A stretch of 41,073 bases of DNA from Rotaria socialis (lineage: Eukaryota). Below, piece by piece: positions 14,990 through 28,484 of this stretch. The position numbers and the translations under genes were made by a program. The stretch is from the NCBI GenBank assembly GCA_905331295.1, contig CAJNYD010000226.1, forward strand, positions 62,001 through 103,073, read 5' to 3'. The number at the start of each line of letters is the position of its first letter. Position 1 is the first letter of the stretch. The notes under the pieces were generated by a model that searched no databases, had not been told where the DNA came from, and saw only the letters and a program-made list of their open reading frames with translations.

Positions 14990-16690
14990 ATGAATGATGT
15001 GAATGAATTACCCAAAGAAATGCGTACAGAAACCGATACATTCGGTTCAATCCAAGTACCATCGGCATGCTATTATGGAGCACAAACAGCCCGTTCAATG
15101 ATTTATTTTAATATTGGATTACCGACTGGTAAAGAATAAAAACTCATTTTCTTAGTCAAATATTTCTTTTTAAATTAACTTTTAGATTGTATGCCACTTC
15201 CATTAATAGAAGCATTTGGCCTATTAAAAAAAGCATGCGCAATAGTAAATCAAAAATTTGGTCTTGCAAATAAACTTTCCGATGCTATATCACAAGTATG
15301 TGATGAGATTATTGATGGTAAATTAAATGACCATTTTCCATTGAGTATTTGGCAAACAGGTTCAGGTACACAAACAAATATGAATGTTAATGAAGTTATT
15401 TCAAATAGAGCAATACAAATACTTGGTGGTATCATGGGAAGTAAAACACCTGTTCATCCCAATGATCATGTGAATAAAAGTCAAAGTTCTAATGACACAT
15501 TTCCTACTGGTAAAACAACTATTTATCATTGAGTATTTTATTGTTTAAAATGCTATGTGGTTGTTGTTGTTGTTGTTGTTGTTTAGCTATGCATATTGCT
15601 ACTGTATTAGAATTAAATCGTCGATTATATCCAGCATTAAATAGTCTTCATAGTGCATTAAAAAAGAAATCCGACGAGTTTTCGTTGATTTATAAAATTG
15701 GTCGAACTCATTTACAAGATGCTGTGCCCATGACACTTGGACAAGAATTTTCTGCATATGCACATCAAATAGCAATGAATATTGAACGTTTAAAAACCAG
15801 TCAAATACGTCTGTCTGAATTAGCTATTGGTGGAACAGCTGTTGGTACTGGAATTAATGCGCCGAAAGATTTTGGCAAATTTGTTGCTCAAATTTTAACT
15901 GAACTTACTCAAGTATCATTTCTCGACGCACCCAATAAATTTGAAGCATTAGCTACACATGATACAATGGTTGAACTAAGTGGTGCACTTAATACTCTAG
16001 CGGTTAGTCTGAGTAAGATGATCGTTATTGTTTAATCATTAAAAATATAATTTTCCTATTTAAAGTGAAAATTGCTAATGATATACGTCTGTTGGGTTCA
16101 GGACCTCGTTGTGGTTTAGGTGAGTGTAGTTTTCTCTATTTTGTTATTTTTCATGAAAAATTTCTTTGTTAAGGTGAATTAATATTACCGGAAAATGAAC
16201 CAGGCAGTTCAATTATGCCTGGTAAAATTAATCCAACTCAATGTGAAGCTATGACAATGGTGGCCGCACAAGTGATGGGTAATCATGTGGCTGTTACTGT
16301 TGGTGGTTCAATGGGACATTTTGAATTGAATGTTTTCAAACCGCTAATTATTAAAAATGTTCTCCATTCAATAAGACTTTTAGCTGATGTTTGTAATTCA
16401 TTTACCGATCATTGTGTATCAGGAATTTTACCGAACACATCGGTTCTAACACGTTACGTGCACGAATCTCTTATGTTAGGTAAATGTTACAAGGAAATTT
16501 TATGCTTGATTTTTATATTGAATTTTATTTAGTAACAGCATTAAATCCATATATTGGTTATGATAAAGCTGCAGAGATTGCCAAGAAAGGACATACAGAA
16601 GGACTAACACTACGTGAAGCAACATTGGCTCTTGGTTATTTAACAGAAGAAGAATTCGATAAATATGTCAAGGCTGAAGATATGGTTTGA
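14990..16690 (+). CDS. FH: Fumarate hydratase class II
   Basis: [24 protein letters not shown]...[77 protein letters not shown], signature [28 protein letters not shown]; short GT-AG introns. Confidence 0.97.
15561..15583. repeat. (TTG)n microsatellite in FH intron 2
   Basis: About 7 TTG units within intron 15510-15586; they produce the spurious CCCCCC in the ORF track. Confidence 0.9.
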
Positions 16691-17925
16691 AAAAAAAATG
16701 AACACTTCAAAAAATTAGTTATTGTTTTCCAAAAAACAAATTCTGGCTTTTTTTTTATAATAGACGTAGTGGTTGATGATTGTTTGGGTGATAAACTATT
16801 ATTATAAAAAGTCAAATGCGAAAATATGTTTTCCAGCTATGAAATTCAATAGTCTAAATCAATTCACTAAATCTTTTGTTACCGAGACACTAAGCGACAT
16901 TTTGAAAGTTCAATTTAATAAGTGAACTCAACAATTGTTTTTAGAAGAATTATTTTATTTTTAGTGCAGACATGACAATCGCTTAATTGATGCCTTCATT
17001 TATTATCATAATTAGAAGTCTTTTTTCAAAGAAGTTCAATAACAATAACTTCCAATCTAGCAGCATTCTCCAGAAAAAAATAGCAACTTATGAAAGTCAA
17101 ATGTTGGCTGAGATTGTTTGAGAGTAGAGACAGAAAAAAATATGATTGTTCTATTATTAATTAGAATACTATTTTTATATTACACATATCACAAGAATAT
17201 TTTAGAGGGTGAAATGGCATAATGGCAACATAGGATGTTGAGAAAATGAAAGACACCAAATTTGCATCCCATCCCATTCTCATAGTGTTGATACAAAAAG
17301 TCGATCTACATTGTGACTTAACAATTTGACTTTCTGCTTCGCTATTCATTATAGCTGTTATTTTGTTAGACGGTTTCAATCATAGTAAAGAACCATCGAT
17401 TCATTTAGTATCTTCATTGACTCGAGACTTCGAATGAAGTCTACAAATATTTTATATTTACTTTCAAAGATTCATTCAAAACTATAAAACGCATTTGGGG
17501 ACCTTAGTACAAAACAATCATCTTATGATATTACTAGTGTCTTTTATTCTCTATCACATCTTCTCGTGTGTTCTGTTTATTTAGTTTTAAAAAATTGTTT
17601 CGAATATTTTTCTCTAGATTTATATATGCATAAATTTCACAATTATTATTTTCCTAGAATAAATCAATTTTCATAAAAGAAAATTCTTGCTAGCAAATGA
17701 GAACGTTTGAAGATGTTCATCAAAGAAACACATCGAAGACAATAAGTAAAACACTAAGAATCGCTTCTGTTCTTGATATTAGTGTGTACACTAACGAAAA
17801 CAATAAAATTGTTGTTTATGATTATATTTTGTCACTAGTGTTATATCTTAGCAACCTGTTCGTAAATTATCTTCATTTAATTGACGAATTTTGTTTTTAA
17901 TCATTATTTTTCTACTTTCCATCTC

Positions 17926-18782
17926 ATGTCGTCCAGTGTTCGTTCATTTTTTCGTAGTAAACGTTCTCGTAGTAAAGAAATAAATATAATACAACAAAAC
18001 CCTAAAGAAATAGTATCGCAACAGCCAACAACTAGGTTAACAAGTATAGAAGATAACCGTCCACGTCATTTTCTTCTAAGTGATGTTAATGAATGGATAA
18101 CAAGCATGCATTCTCAACGACAATCTGTTAATATAAGCTGTTGTGGCGGTGATGATAAGAAAAATGCTATTAAAAACCAAGTAAACGCTCCGCGTTTAAG
18201 CAAAGAAACACCTGAACCCATAAAACAAAATCCTGATCCAATCGAATCAGATGATCATAAAGTCGAACACATTGTTCAACAACATGCAATTAAAGTTGAT
18301 ACTCATGATAATTTACATGCGAAACAAGAACTAACAAAAGCAATAATGAATCAGTTAGTTCAACGAGCATTAACTAGACCAATGAATGTACATAATGATG
18401 ATCCACCGCGGCTATGTACCAAGAAACATGTAAGACATTGACGGAGTTGAATTAAAACTAGACGATATTTTTTGGAAATATTAAGTGCTCATTTGCTAAT
18501 GAACCATTGACAATCAAACCTGTCACTTGTGTACCTGGTATTGGTCCAAAACATGGAGATTTATGTGAAAAACATGGGTATGAAAATATATTACATATTA
18601 GATTTTATTATTTGACATTGTATTTAAGAATTATTATGGCTCATCAATTATTATCAAGGTATATGATAAGTGCTAACGATGATGAATTTAAAAAATCTCT
18701 TGTTAATCAACTTGGTTTTACACCAAAATCAGCTACAATGACACGAGATGGACTTCGAGAAATGAGACGTCATTTGATTTGA
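17926..18782 (+). CDS. Barrier-to-autointegration factor (BAF)-domain protein with long N-terminal extension, about 249 aa
   Basis: Exons 17926-18429, 18486-18577 and 18629-18782. The C-terminal ~85 aa (TKKHCSFANEPLTIKPVTCVPGIGPKHGDLCEKHGIIMAHQLLSRYMISANDDEFKKSLVNQLGFTPKSATMTRDGLREMRRHLI) align by eye end to end with BANF1 ([24 protein letters not shown]...LREWCDAFL). Confidence 0.8.
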
Positions 18783-19309
18783 TTGTTTCTATTTTTTTTC
18801 AATATTAATACTTACCTTTGTTCTAGTGAACGTATAACTTAATTGAAACGAACATAAAAGAAATATGATTGAGCTCTACTTAATAGCGAAAAGATAAATT
18901 TTAGTTGCTGCTCACTTTGATGTATTCTATTTTGGCCGCTACTGATTGCTGGTTTGCACAAAAGTTCATCGATCAAATATGCTTAGATATATATTCAATG
19001 TTGCCACTATATTTTTTATATTATTGTATGTGTTATTTAAGTGCGATCATAGAAAAAGAAGAAAGTGATTACTTCAGTGTCTGCTGTTCATAATAACCAG
19101 TAACCACTAAGCGTATTCCCTGGCTATTTACCTTTTTTTTACAGGTGCAGTATATACAAGTCAGAAGAATGCTACTTTTCTAAATTCAACCGATAGCTTT
19201 CTTGCTAGGACAATAGTAGTTTATGTTTATTTTCTAAAATCTATTACTGTACATAGAAAAATACATTGAGTTGGTAGAATAATAAATATCACACCGAATG
19301 TTCATGTGA

Positions 19310-22153
19310 TTATCCTTTGTTAGGTTTTGGTACTGATCGAGATCGTCTTGATGGCCGATGTTGTGCTTTAGTATCTTTTTAAAATGAAAAGAAAAACCTC
19401 AATTGTACGAATTTCAAGTTAAGTATGAGATGAACTACCTGATTTTTCTGATAGTTGACTTTCTATTCGAACAGAACGAGGTAAAAGAGGAGGAGCTGAT
19501 GAATCAGTTGTTCGCTGCGTTTCATTATTCGTTGTTATTGGTTGATTTAATCTTAGTTGTTGTGGAGCTGGTTCTTCTTTAGGCATGATCAAATATTTGT
19601 AAATGGTTGTACGAGGTGCTGGCATTTTAGTTTGTACTTCATTTGAGCGAAATCGTTTTTCGCAACATTTTTCATATAGATGATGAAGAATTAAAGTTGC
19701 AACAAAATCACTAGAATGAAAACAAAATATATTTTTTTACTCAATAAAAATATTCATTTATTGAATTCTCACCTAGCATTTGTAGCAATAATTCTTAAAA
19801 TAAAATGTCCGTCAGGTTCTAAGTATTCTGCATCGAAGAAATGAAAGAGTGATCGATTATTCTTGTAATAAATACGAGGTACAATAAACATTCTTGATTG
19901 ATGGTGAACTTTCTGTCCATTACTTAAAACATACTCTTCATCTCCAGTTGTTGCGGATTCGCCACGTTCTTGAACTAGAATATGAATATATACGAACACA
20001 ACTCATTAGAAATATTCAGTATTGTATTGTTGGATGTTTTTTTAAATTCTAATACAAGCATTTATAAATAAATTTAGTATGCTTTCATTGATGAATGTAA
20101 ACTACATGTGATTTTATAGCGTAATTATTACAAATATTTACAAAAGATTGTTAGAACCAACCAATATATCGTAATAAAATTCGATCTATTTTAAAATAGT
20201 TTGTTTATGTTAGTTTTGTCATTTGTTTCAAGAATAGTTTTTCTTTTACTACGAACAATCAACGAAAAGAGTTATTTCAATCGTATACACGTAACCGAGA
20301 AAATTTCTTCTACTTTGTTTCATGTAAAGTTTAGCAAAGAAAGCAGCATATGCAATGTTCTTTTCTTAATTACCGACAGAAAAGATTAAGCATAATTCTT
20401 GTCAACAATGTTAAACAAATGCATCTGCGTTTCATGTCATATTAAATTAATAATATATGACGTAAGAAAAAATCGGTATGTATTACACTCTAAAAGAGAC
20501 TAAAAATATGATCCAGACTACTTGACGTAGCATTCAATATTTTAATTTCTGCATTTTTACTTGCGTTTATCGGCGTTGGAGTTCTCTTTCCTGAACGTTC
20601 CCTTGCCGGCGAACGAGAAAATGACTCGCACTTTGTATTTCCAACAAAGGAACGCATCAGTGATGATACGCTTACTTCTATGAAGGTCACATCATTCCGT
20701 TCTATTCCCGGATCTCTCTTTTTGTTAGCATTAAATTTTCTTTTCCTACCTTTAATCAGATGCTCATTTTCTTCTTCATTTATATGATTTGCACATGACG
20801 CTTTATATGGCCATTTTTGTGCTAATTCTGGATTCATTACTTTAAGACGTCCTCTTAAATAAATTTCTCGCCGAAAAAACAATCGATATATCCATACAAG
20901 AAGATCGTAAATTGTGAAGAAAATGACAATTACAAACCAAAACCATAAGAATGTAAATATTTGCTAGAAGAAAAACAAATAGTTAGCTGAAAAAGATTAC
21001 TGAAATTTACAAAAAAGTAAAAACCTGATTGAAGAGATTAATTGGTAGAACACACATTACCGTATAAGTATGTGCTATTGGTAATGTATTTGCTTCACGA
21101 ATTTGAAAATCACTTTAACAAAAAGAAAATTTCTATGTTGAACTATTATCCGTATCATCTTCTCACCATAATGTTACTTTAGGAAAATGTCGACTTTGAT
21201 AATCCCAACCTCTTCCATTATATAAAGCTTCGAGAATTGTAAAACCTAACGACCAGAATGGTTGACTTAATAGAAAAGATAAAATAAAAACTTGTGCAAA
21301 CACATTCATCGCATAGATTATTTTGATAAAAATAAATAAATTTCTTAGATAATCTCCCATATAACGACCAGACGATGGAAAACATACAAAAATACATTTT
21401 TTCCACCAAACTTGTTCACGATTATTCGATTGACGACGTGGATCATCAACATATTGATCAATAATTGATATCATATATTGCATCAATTGTTTACGCTCGT
21501 TTTCACCTGTTATTTTTTTATAATTAGTTGCAGCTTCAACAACATCTCGGACATCAATGCCTTCGTTTTTAGAAGGAGAAAAGGAAACGTTCGAAACTAT
21601 ATCTTTTCTTTAATATTAGTAAGTTTACCTGATCGTTGACTCAATGCTCTCCATAAAACAAAAGGCATGAAGAACAGCAATGCTTGAAACAATAGTATAA
21701 ATTGTATCCATTGATAATAACGGATGGATGATTCATAACGCATATCGTGATTTTCAGGTATTTCTTTTGTATCATCAATATAATATGTATTACGAACCCA
21801 ACATACCTATTAATGATATTGAATAACATGATAATAATACTACAATATATAAAAGAAAATTAATTTACATTATTCGTATAATCTTCATAGTTTTTATTAA
21901 AGAATGCTGGAACCTAAAATATAGATTTAAAGAATGTGTGCCATCAGTGAGATTTTAACTGCAACATAATCTTTACCCAACATTGAATACGTTGCATAGT
22001 AAAGTCTCGATTCGATACAAGAACAGTAAATGCTATAAGTATTGCACATGTATATCGATAACTAAGACGATCACCTGTGGAATCATCACTTCGAGATGTA
22101 CCAAGGAAGTAAACTGAAAAATCATTCGCTGCTTTTAATATTAATCCCGACAT
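19310..22153 (-). CDS. Innexin (gap-junction protein)
   Basis: DDSTGDRLSYRYT, IQCW|VPAFF, CWVRNTY, YYQWIQFILLFQALLFFMP, SGIDV, FPKVTLC|DF, CVLPINLFN, IFTFLWFWF, YLEPDGHFILR. A likely last exon ends ...RSVPKPNKG* at 19310; without that final splice the stop is at 19419. Confidence 0.95.
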
Positions 22154-22416
22154 GAAAATAATGAATTAATAATATTTTTATCTGAAATTAAAATAAATAC
22201 TAATTTATAATTGTTTTCCTTCAGTCAAAACAAGGTATTACAAAAGAGCCTGTGTCAATTAATTGCCTAGTACAAACTCTTGCTTGTGCTATTATTTTAT
22301 CACTTGTTTATACGTAGTAGAAATTGCCATTTCTATATGTTGTATAGCACGTATTCAATTAACCGTAATAATCGATAAAAATGATCCCTACGGTAGTGAA
22401 GATTCATTATTATTGG

Positions 22417-22448
<32 letters not shown>
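22417..22448. repeat. (CT)n microsatellite upstream of the innexin
   Basis: CTCTCT tract with one interruption. Confidence 0.9.
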
Positions 22449-25400
22449 TATCTGAAGTCATAGATACAAGCCATTGATTGGTTTTTCGGTTGACTTCACT
22501 GTTGCTTAATAGTGCTCGACTTAACAATAACTCTCACCGTATGATGCCGTTTACAGTTCATCAATACGCATGTATGCTTACGAGAAGGACAATGTTAATA
22601 ACACTGTTTTAGGAATCAAATGAGTTCTTTTTAGTTATTTTATTTATGAAATGTCGAAGAAAATGGAAAAAAAAAGAATTGAAAAGTGTAGTTACTGCGA
22701 TTATAACATTATCTCTAAATCAATCTTGATTGATGCTCGTAACAGCATTCCGGTACTTCTGCGGTTTTCCATCGATGTCAAGTACTCCCAGTTTTCTTTT
22801 TCTCTCACATTCTATGGCAACGAACGTAAGCAAGTATTATAATTACAGAGAAAGAGAAATAGCTTTTCTTTCTAGAAAATTACTTGGCGGTAGCGACACT
22901 TTCATTGCTCGCTCACTTGACAAGAGAACGCTTCAAAAGCAAAAGAAATGGTTGTATATAAGAATAAATAGGAGGTCACAGCAAAAAATACTCGCTATTC
23001 TTTTTTTTTTCTTCTTCTTCATTAAAATATCATCGAACAAAAAGAAGGAGTGGCAGCATCAGAAACGAAGAGAATGCATAATACATTAACCGGTTTCCAA
23101 TTGAAACAGTCGTTATCATATTCATTAACCAGAGATATGTTTTTATCACTATTAGCAGACATTTCACTAGGTGTTATTTAAAAATTACTTATGAAATTGT
23201 TGAAAAGATCTTTCTTGGCGACCACTAATGCTACTTTTGAAAGTGAAGGATAGAGCATCAGAAAATTGACGTGTTGATTCTGTTACTAATATGCCGTTAT
23301 AATTATTTTTTCTTCCAATTGAGCGACAAATTAATTGATGGCCTATCTACAAAAAAGAATAAAACTATAATATTACTCATAGAATTCCCTGTGTTTCAGA
23401 AGTACATTAGGATAGCAACTGATGATTGCTCTTCTGCAACAGCGTCAACGATATGACTTCGTTCTCTTGAAATATAACACGTTTCTTCTCGAAGTTTTAC
23501 CGAACAAAATAAATAAAAAAAGCCATGTTACTAAATATCATCATCACGATGGTTTAGTTGAAGGCCAAATTAGAGTCACCTATTTTTATAATACGAGAAT
23601 AATATAGAAAAGATCTCTCAAAAAATAAACAAATGAAAATCATTCTTAAGCAGTCTTGCCGTATTCTAAACATACTATAGTATTGACACAAAAATGTCCA
23701 TGAGTTTTATGCTGTTATTAAAAGTGCATTAGTACCAACTGTTCTCACATTTCGGCATGTTTCTTTTTCATGTCATTAACTTTCTAAATAATAGAAAGAC
23801 TAGGTCATTCATTCAGGAGAATGAGCTTTCCTAGCATCTCGATGATAAAGTGCATCAGTTCGTCGACAAGAAACATTTTGTAACAACTGAATTCGGAATA
23901 ATGACTCTACACGATGACACTTAACCCTCAAATCATTATAGAAATTTTTGTTGTGAAAATACATCAGGAGCAATATTTATAAGATATCCATCGTACATCA
24001 AATTGAATAAGCAACTTGAGGCGTTATTAAAAAATGCAATTATGCGAACAGATTGAAACAGTGATAAGTAAAAAGATGAACAGGTAAAGCGTACTGTTTG
24101 TCACATTCAAGAATTATTCATATTCTTTCTCATAATAGACTTTCAAAACGTTCTGTACGATGTTGAATTATAGTGTGGAATTCATTAATATTCTCGACCA
24201 GTTTTCCCTAATCAACAAAATTCAACACTATTACATTTCATAAGATAGATAGTTGATGACAAAAAACCTCTTGTCTAAGAAATATTCAATCGAAAGCTGC
24301 CAGCTGATGATAGCCTTTGTATCGTTTGATTTTTTTCCCTACTATTCAGATATTAAACTTACCTATAGTTTACGATAGGATGCGACCTCTAGCACATAGA
24401 TAAAATTATTTTTCATAAACTATCCAATAGAAAAGCTTTGATTACGATGAAAATGTTTTTTAACCTTTCATAATCGGGAAACTTATACACAACTAAAACC
24501 TATACTAGATCGATTTGCTACAACAAAATTTAAATATTGAAATCATGAATGTCACTCTAACAATTACCCTTTTCACACCAATATTTGAAAATATCGCTTA
24601 AAAAAAAATCTTCAATCTGAAAACCCCGAATTAGCAATCATTTTCGAACTAAAAACAAATGCGTCCAATAAAAAGACGAATTCTTACTATGATCTACTAA
24701 TGAATCAATTAGTTTAACATATCTCAATATTTACCGATTATTTATGCCCAATATTTAACATGCAAATATTTCACCGGTTTTACTAGATTTTGTCAAGTTC
24801 ATCTAATAGATCAAACCGAAGACATTGCATTAATTTTGATTTGTTAAGCGCATGGCTAGACAATAATATTCTAGTCAATCATTAGCTTGATGTCAACAAG
24901 CTTAATTTGAAAATATAGCCATCCATAAAATCCTGTTATAATTTATGTGCTTCATATGATGATATGATGGTGTGTGAACAAGTATTTTGTTGTTTTTAAT
25001 GGTATCCATAGTCAATAACCGTTTGAAATCTGTTACGAAGTCAGGTTATTTCTATAACAGCAAATGTAATTCAATGAAACTATGACCATTGTTAAATTAT
25101 ACTCTTCACAGTCAAATTATTCGTATGAATTCAATTTTTTTAATATAAATTCTCACACGTGACTCTCGAATGTCTTTTTGAAGATAATGATTTATATTAG
25201 ATATTATGAAAACAATGAATCATAAGTTTTAGCTTTTGTCTAGCGGATATATAAATAGAAACTGTCTATTGTTTCTGAACAATTATAAATTTATGGAGAT
25301 CTAGAGTTCTGCTGAGAATTAGCTGTTTTAACATGACAAGCATTGAATAAGTTATCAAAAATGACTTCCTTTTTAAGTCAATTCTTATAGTAATTACTTA

Positions 25401-25805
25401 TTTCCCTGTTGAGAAACATGTTTAAAAAAAAGAGAGAATTTCATTTATGAAATTGCTTTCTTTCTAGGATTGATGAACTGCAAACAATACATCATACTGT
25501 TAATGTTGTTGCATATTCGGAAGTTAAATTATCATAATGTGATCGTAAATGTCGTGTTTTATCAGTGATGATCACCGCATGAATAATATAAGTTTATACT
25601 AATACTTGACTGACGAATAGCTGATTTTTATCAACAGTTGAGATATTCAAGGTGCAGCTAAACGATACATATGTTATTTCCTACAGAGTTTTATTTTAGT
25701 ATTTATTTTTGAAACAAAAAATATTAAATTGTATTGTACAAGATGACTCTTTAGTAACACAGGACCATTTATTTATTGAATCTTTATTTTAGATTAACTT
25801 ATTTG

Positions 25806-26223
25806 ATGAATATTTTGGAAAGTAAAAACGACTCGCACACAGAAGAATTAGCTGCAAAAGTTTCTCGACTAAAAAATGTTAGCTGATATTTAATCATATT
25901 TTGTTGATGTTAAGCATGAATTTATTGTTTTTATTTGTAAGATTGCAATCGATATTGACAATGAAGCAAAAGAACACAATCGTTTTCTTGATTCCATGGT
26001 AGGACTTAATTAATTGAAAAATGAAATAAAAATATTATCGTCATTTTTATAGCGTTTTGATTTCGATACAGCACGTAGCTTCATTGGTGGAAGCTCCCGG
26101 CATTTAGGAAATGTTATGTCGAGTGGAAAAGGTGACCGACGATTTATGTGTTATATAATTGGTGGCATTGTATTTATTTTTGTTTTTCTATATTATGTTA
26201 TAAGTTCATTTCGAAGTAAGTAA
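25806..26223 (+). CDS. BET1L: BET1-like Golgi Qc-SNARE (GS15); not in the ORF track
   Basis: Three short exons splice to MNILESKNDSHTEELAAKVSRLKN|IAIDIDNEAKEHNRFLDSM|RFDFDTARSFIGGSSRHLGNVMSSGKGDRRFMCYIIGGIVFIFVFLYYVISSFRSK*, a SNARE helix plus C-terminal TM. An extra 5' exon is possible. Confidence 0.85.
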
Positions 26224-27078
26224 ATAATATAAGTTCAATATTCAACTATAAGTTTACATTCTTGTCTATCTTCTTCTTTAGAATGAATCGTATCATTATC
26301 TAAAGTTTTTCTTTGAATACTTCTTCTCATTTACTATTTACTCCTAAAATATAAATTTTGTTTGTGCTGGAATTTTTTTTAAATAAAAGCTGAATATAGA
26401 AACAATGGAATGCTTCAACCACTTTGTTGTGAAGATGCATTACGTTGCTGGATTATACATGTGACCATAATACTATCTCTCAGGTCTAAAAATACTTGTT
26501 TTTAGAAGAAAAAAAAGTCGAATACCCACGCTGATAGGAGTTTTAATTGAATTGGTTTTGACCTACTCAGAATGTATAGTCAATATCGAGTCGTCTAGAA
26601 TTTGCTAAAAGTTTCTAGTTTCCACAAATGAGCTTTAATTAGGATTATATCATCATACTGTTTTTCCTATTAAATTTTAGATATGTATTTGTTGGATGAG
26701 AAAAAAACTGACTCTATTTTCTGCAAAAACAAGCAGCCAAAACAGACAAGAGTTACTGTTTTCTGAACAATAAAGTATGATTTATAATGGCGATGGGTGA
26801 AAATATCGGAGCGATCTTTAGTATTTTAGAAAATAAAACTGTTATCGAACACAATAAGATTTTTCATGGCTAATTTGACTAGCTTAGCATATCCTATTCG
26901 ATCTAAAACTCGGTAAACTTGATACTAAAACAAAAATTCAATATTGAAAGTATCTGTTTATGCCTGCTGGCGATTAACGAAATTAATCGCCCCTCTCTTT
27001 TTTTTTTTATAACAATAATGTATATTTGACTGAAATGAAATTTTCATAATATTTCTTTTGTAGATAAAATAAGAAAAA

Positions 27079-27510
27079 ATGAAGTTAATTACACACAATA
27101 TGCTTACATCGAATATACTCAAAGGCGTAGCAAAAGGTTTTCCATTAAAAATCAATTTTACTAAAGTAGAAAATGCATCGGTGGATTACAATCGAGATTT
27201 CATCATTCGTGTTATGCAACGTATTGAATATGATGCATTAAGAGGCGCTGTCACTGATGTAATCATTTATTAGTAATAATATACGAAATAAGATGTTTTT
27301 TTCTAATCACAGCTTGGTTTACATGAATCATTACCAGAGACAATATCGGACTCAACTCAACAGAACGAAGAGTTTCTTAAAAAGATGCATAAAGTTCTGC
27401 TTGAATATGAAGTTGAAGAAGGTGAACTTGTTTGTCCTGAAACTGGTCGTAAATTTCCGATTTCAAAAGGCATTCCAAACATGTTATTGCAAGAAACTGA
27501 AGTATCATGA
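27079..27510 (+). CDS. TRMT112: Multifunctional methyltransferase subunit TRM112
   Basis: MKLITHNMLTS...GFPLKI, intron 27259-27312, then EFLKKMHKVLLEYEVEEGELVCPETGRKFPISKGIPNMLLQETEVS*. Confidence 0.96.
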
Positions 27511-28484
27511 TTTGTTACTTTATTGTGTGTATTATTGATCGAATAGAACATAAAAGAAAATAACGCATCTGATCAAGATTTATTCTAATTATTGGCAATA
27601 ATCGCTGGCATACAGAAAAAAGTTTAACAAAAGTGAGAGCTATCTGAGTTAGTTGAGAAATTGACTTTTTTATGAGTAGGCACCCACAGAAAACAATACT
27701 GTATGTGTACTCAAGAGAAATTCGGTTGATCATGCTGCACAACTTTTCTACTGGAGAAAGTTTTTAGCTCATGAACTAGCAAATTACACTTTTCAAATCA
27801 AATAATGCATGTTATATATGATCGCTGTTTCCTATTGGAAAAGTCTTAGAAACGATGTTAATAACTCATATTCGATATTCATGAAAATCTTACATATTTA
27901 TTGAATCCACACGTCGTCGAACCATTTTTTTGAACGAAATTAAAAATCATATTCGACCGTCAAATATGAACTCGGCAAGTTCAACCAATTGTATTGTTCG
28001 AAAAACGATATTAACTTTTCGTATGAATGCAGATATCAGTGATATAAAAAAATGAACTCGTAAAGAAATCAACTTTTCTGGTTACAACAATGTTGGTACA
28101 CTACTCTAAACTTGTTAATAGAGACCAACGGTGAATAATCGATTTTGTTTTTCGGTCAGACATATGATTTTGAAATAATCGCTAAAATTTTCTCTCTCTC
28201 GAAATTATGAACTTTCATATCATAGCCATGGTGTTAAAAGAGATCTTTCTAGATAGAAAAAAATAATATAGTTGAACTGAACTTCAGGTAAGGGTTTCCT
28301 TGTTATTAACTCTATTTAGGCACCAATACAATGTTCTATTAAAAGGAAATAATCGCTGGAAAATTCTTACCACTATTTGCATTTCTCAATAATAGTTTTC
28401 ATTAATTTCAACGAATATTTATGTATTAACTTGAATGGTAAATGATCAATCATCATCTATATTTTAGATTGAATTATTAATGAT

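Noticed and set aside
15529..15586. Poly-Cys N-terminus of ORF 15529-16035
   Set aside because: Translation of an intronic (TTG)n microsatellite in FH.
22263..25700. Short ORFs upstream of the innexin
   Set aside because: Low-complexity or microsatellite-driven, with no motifs or consistent exon chain.
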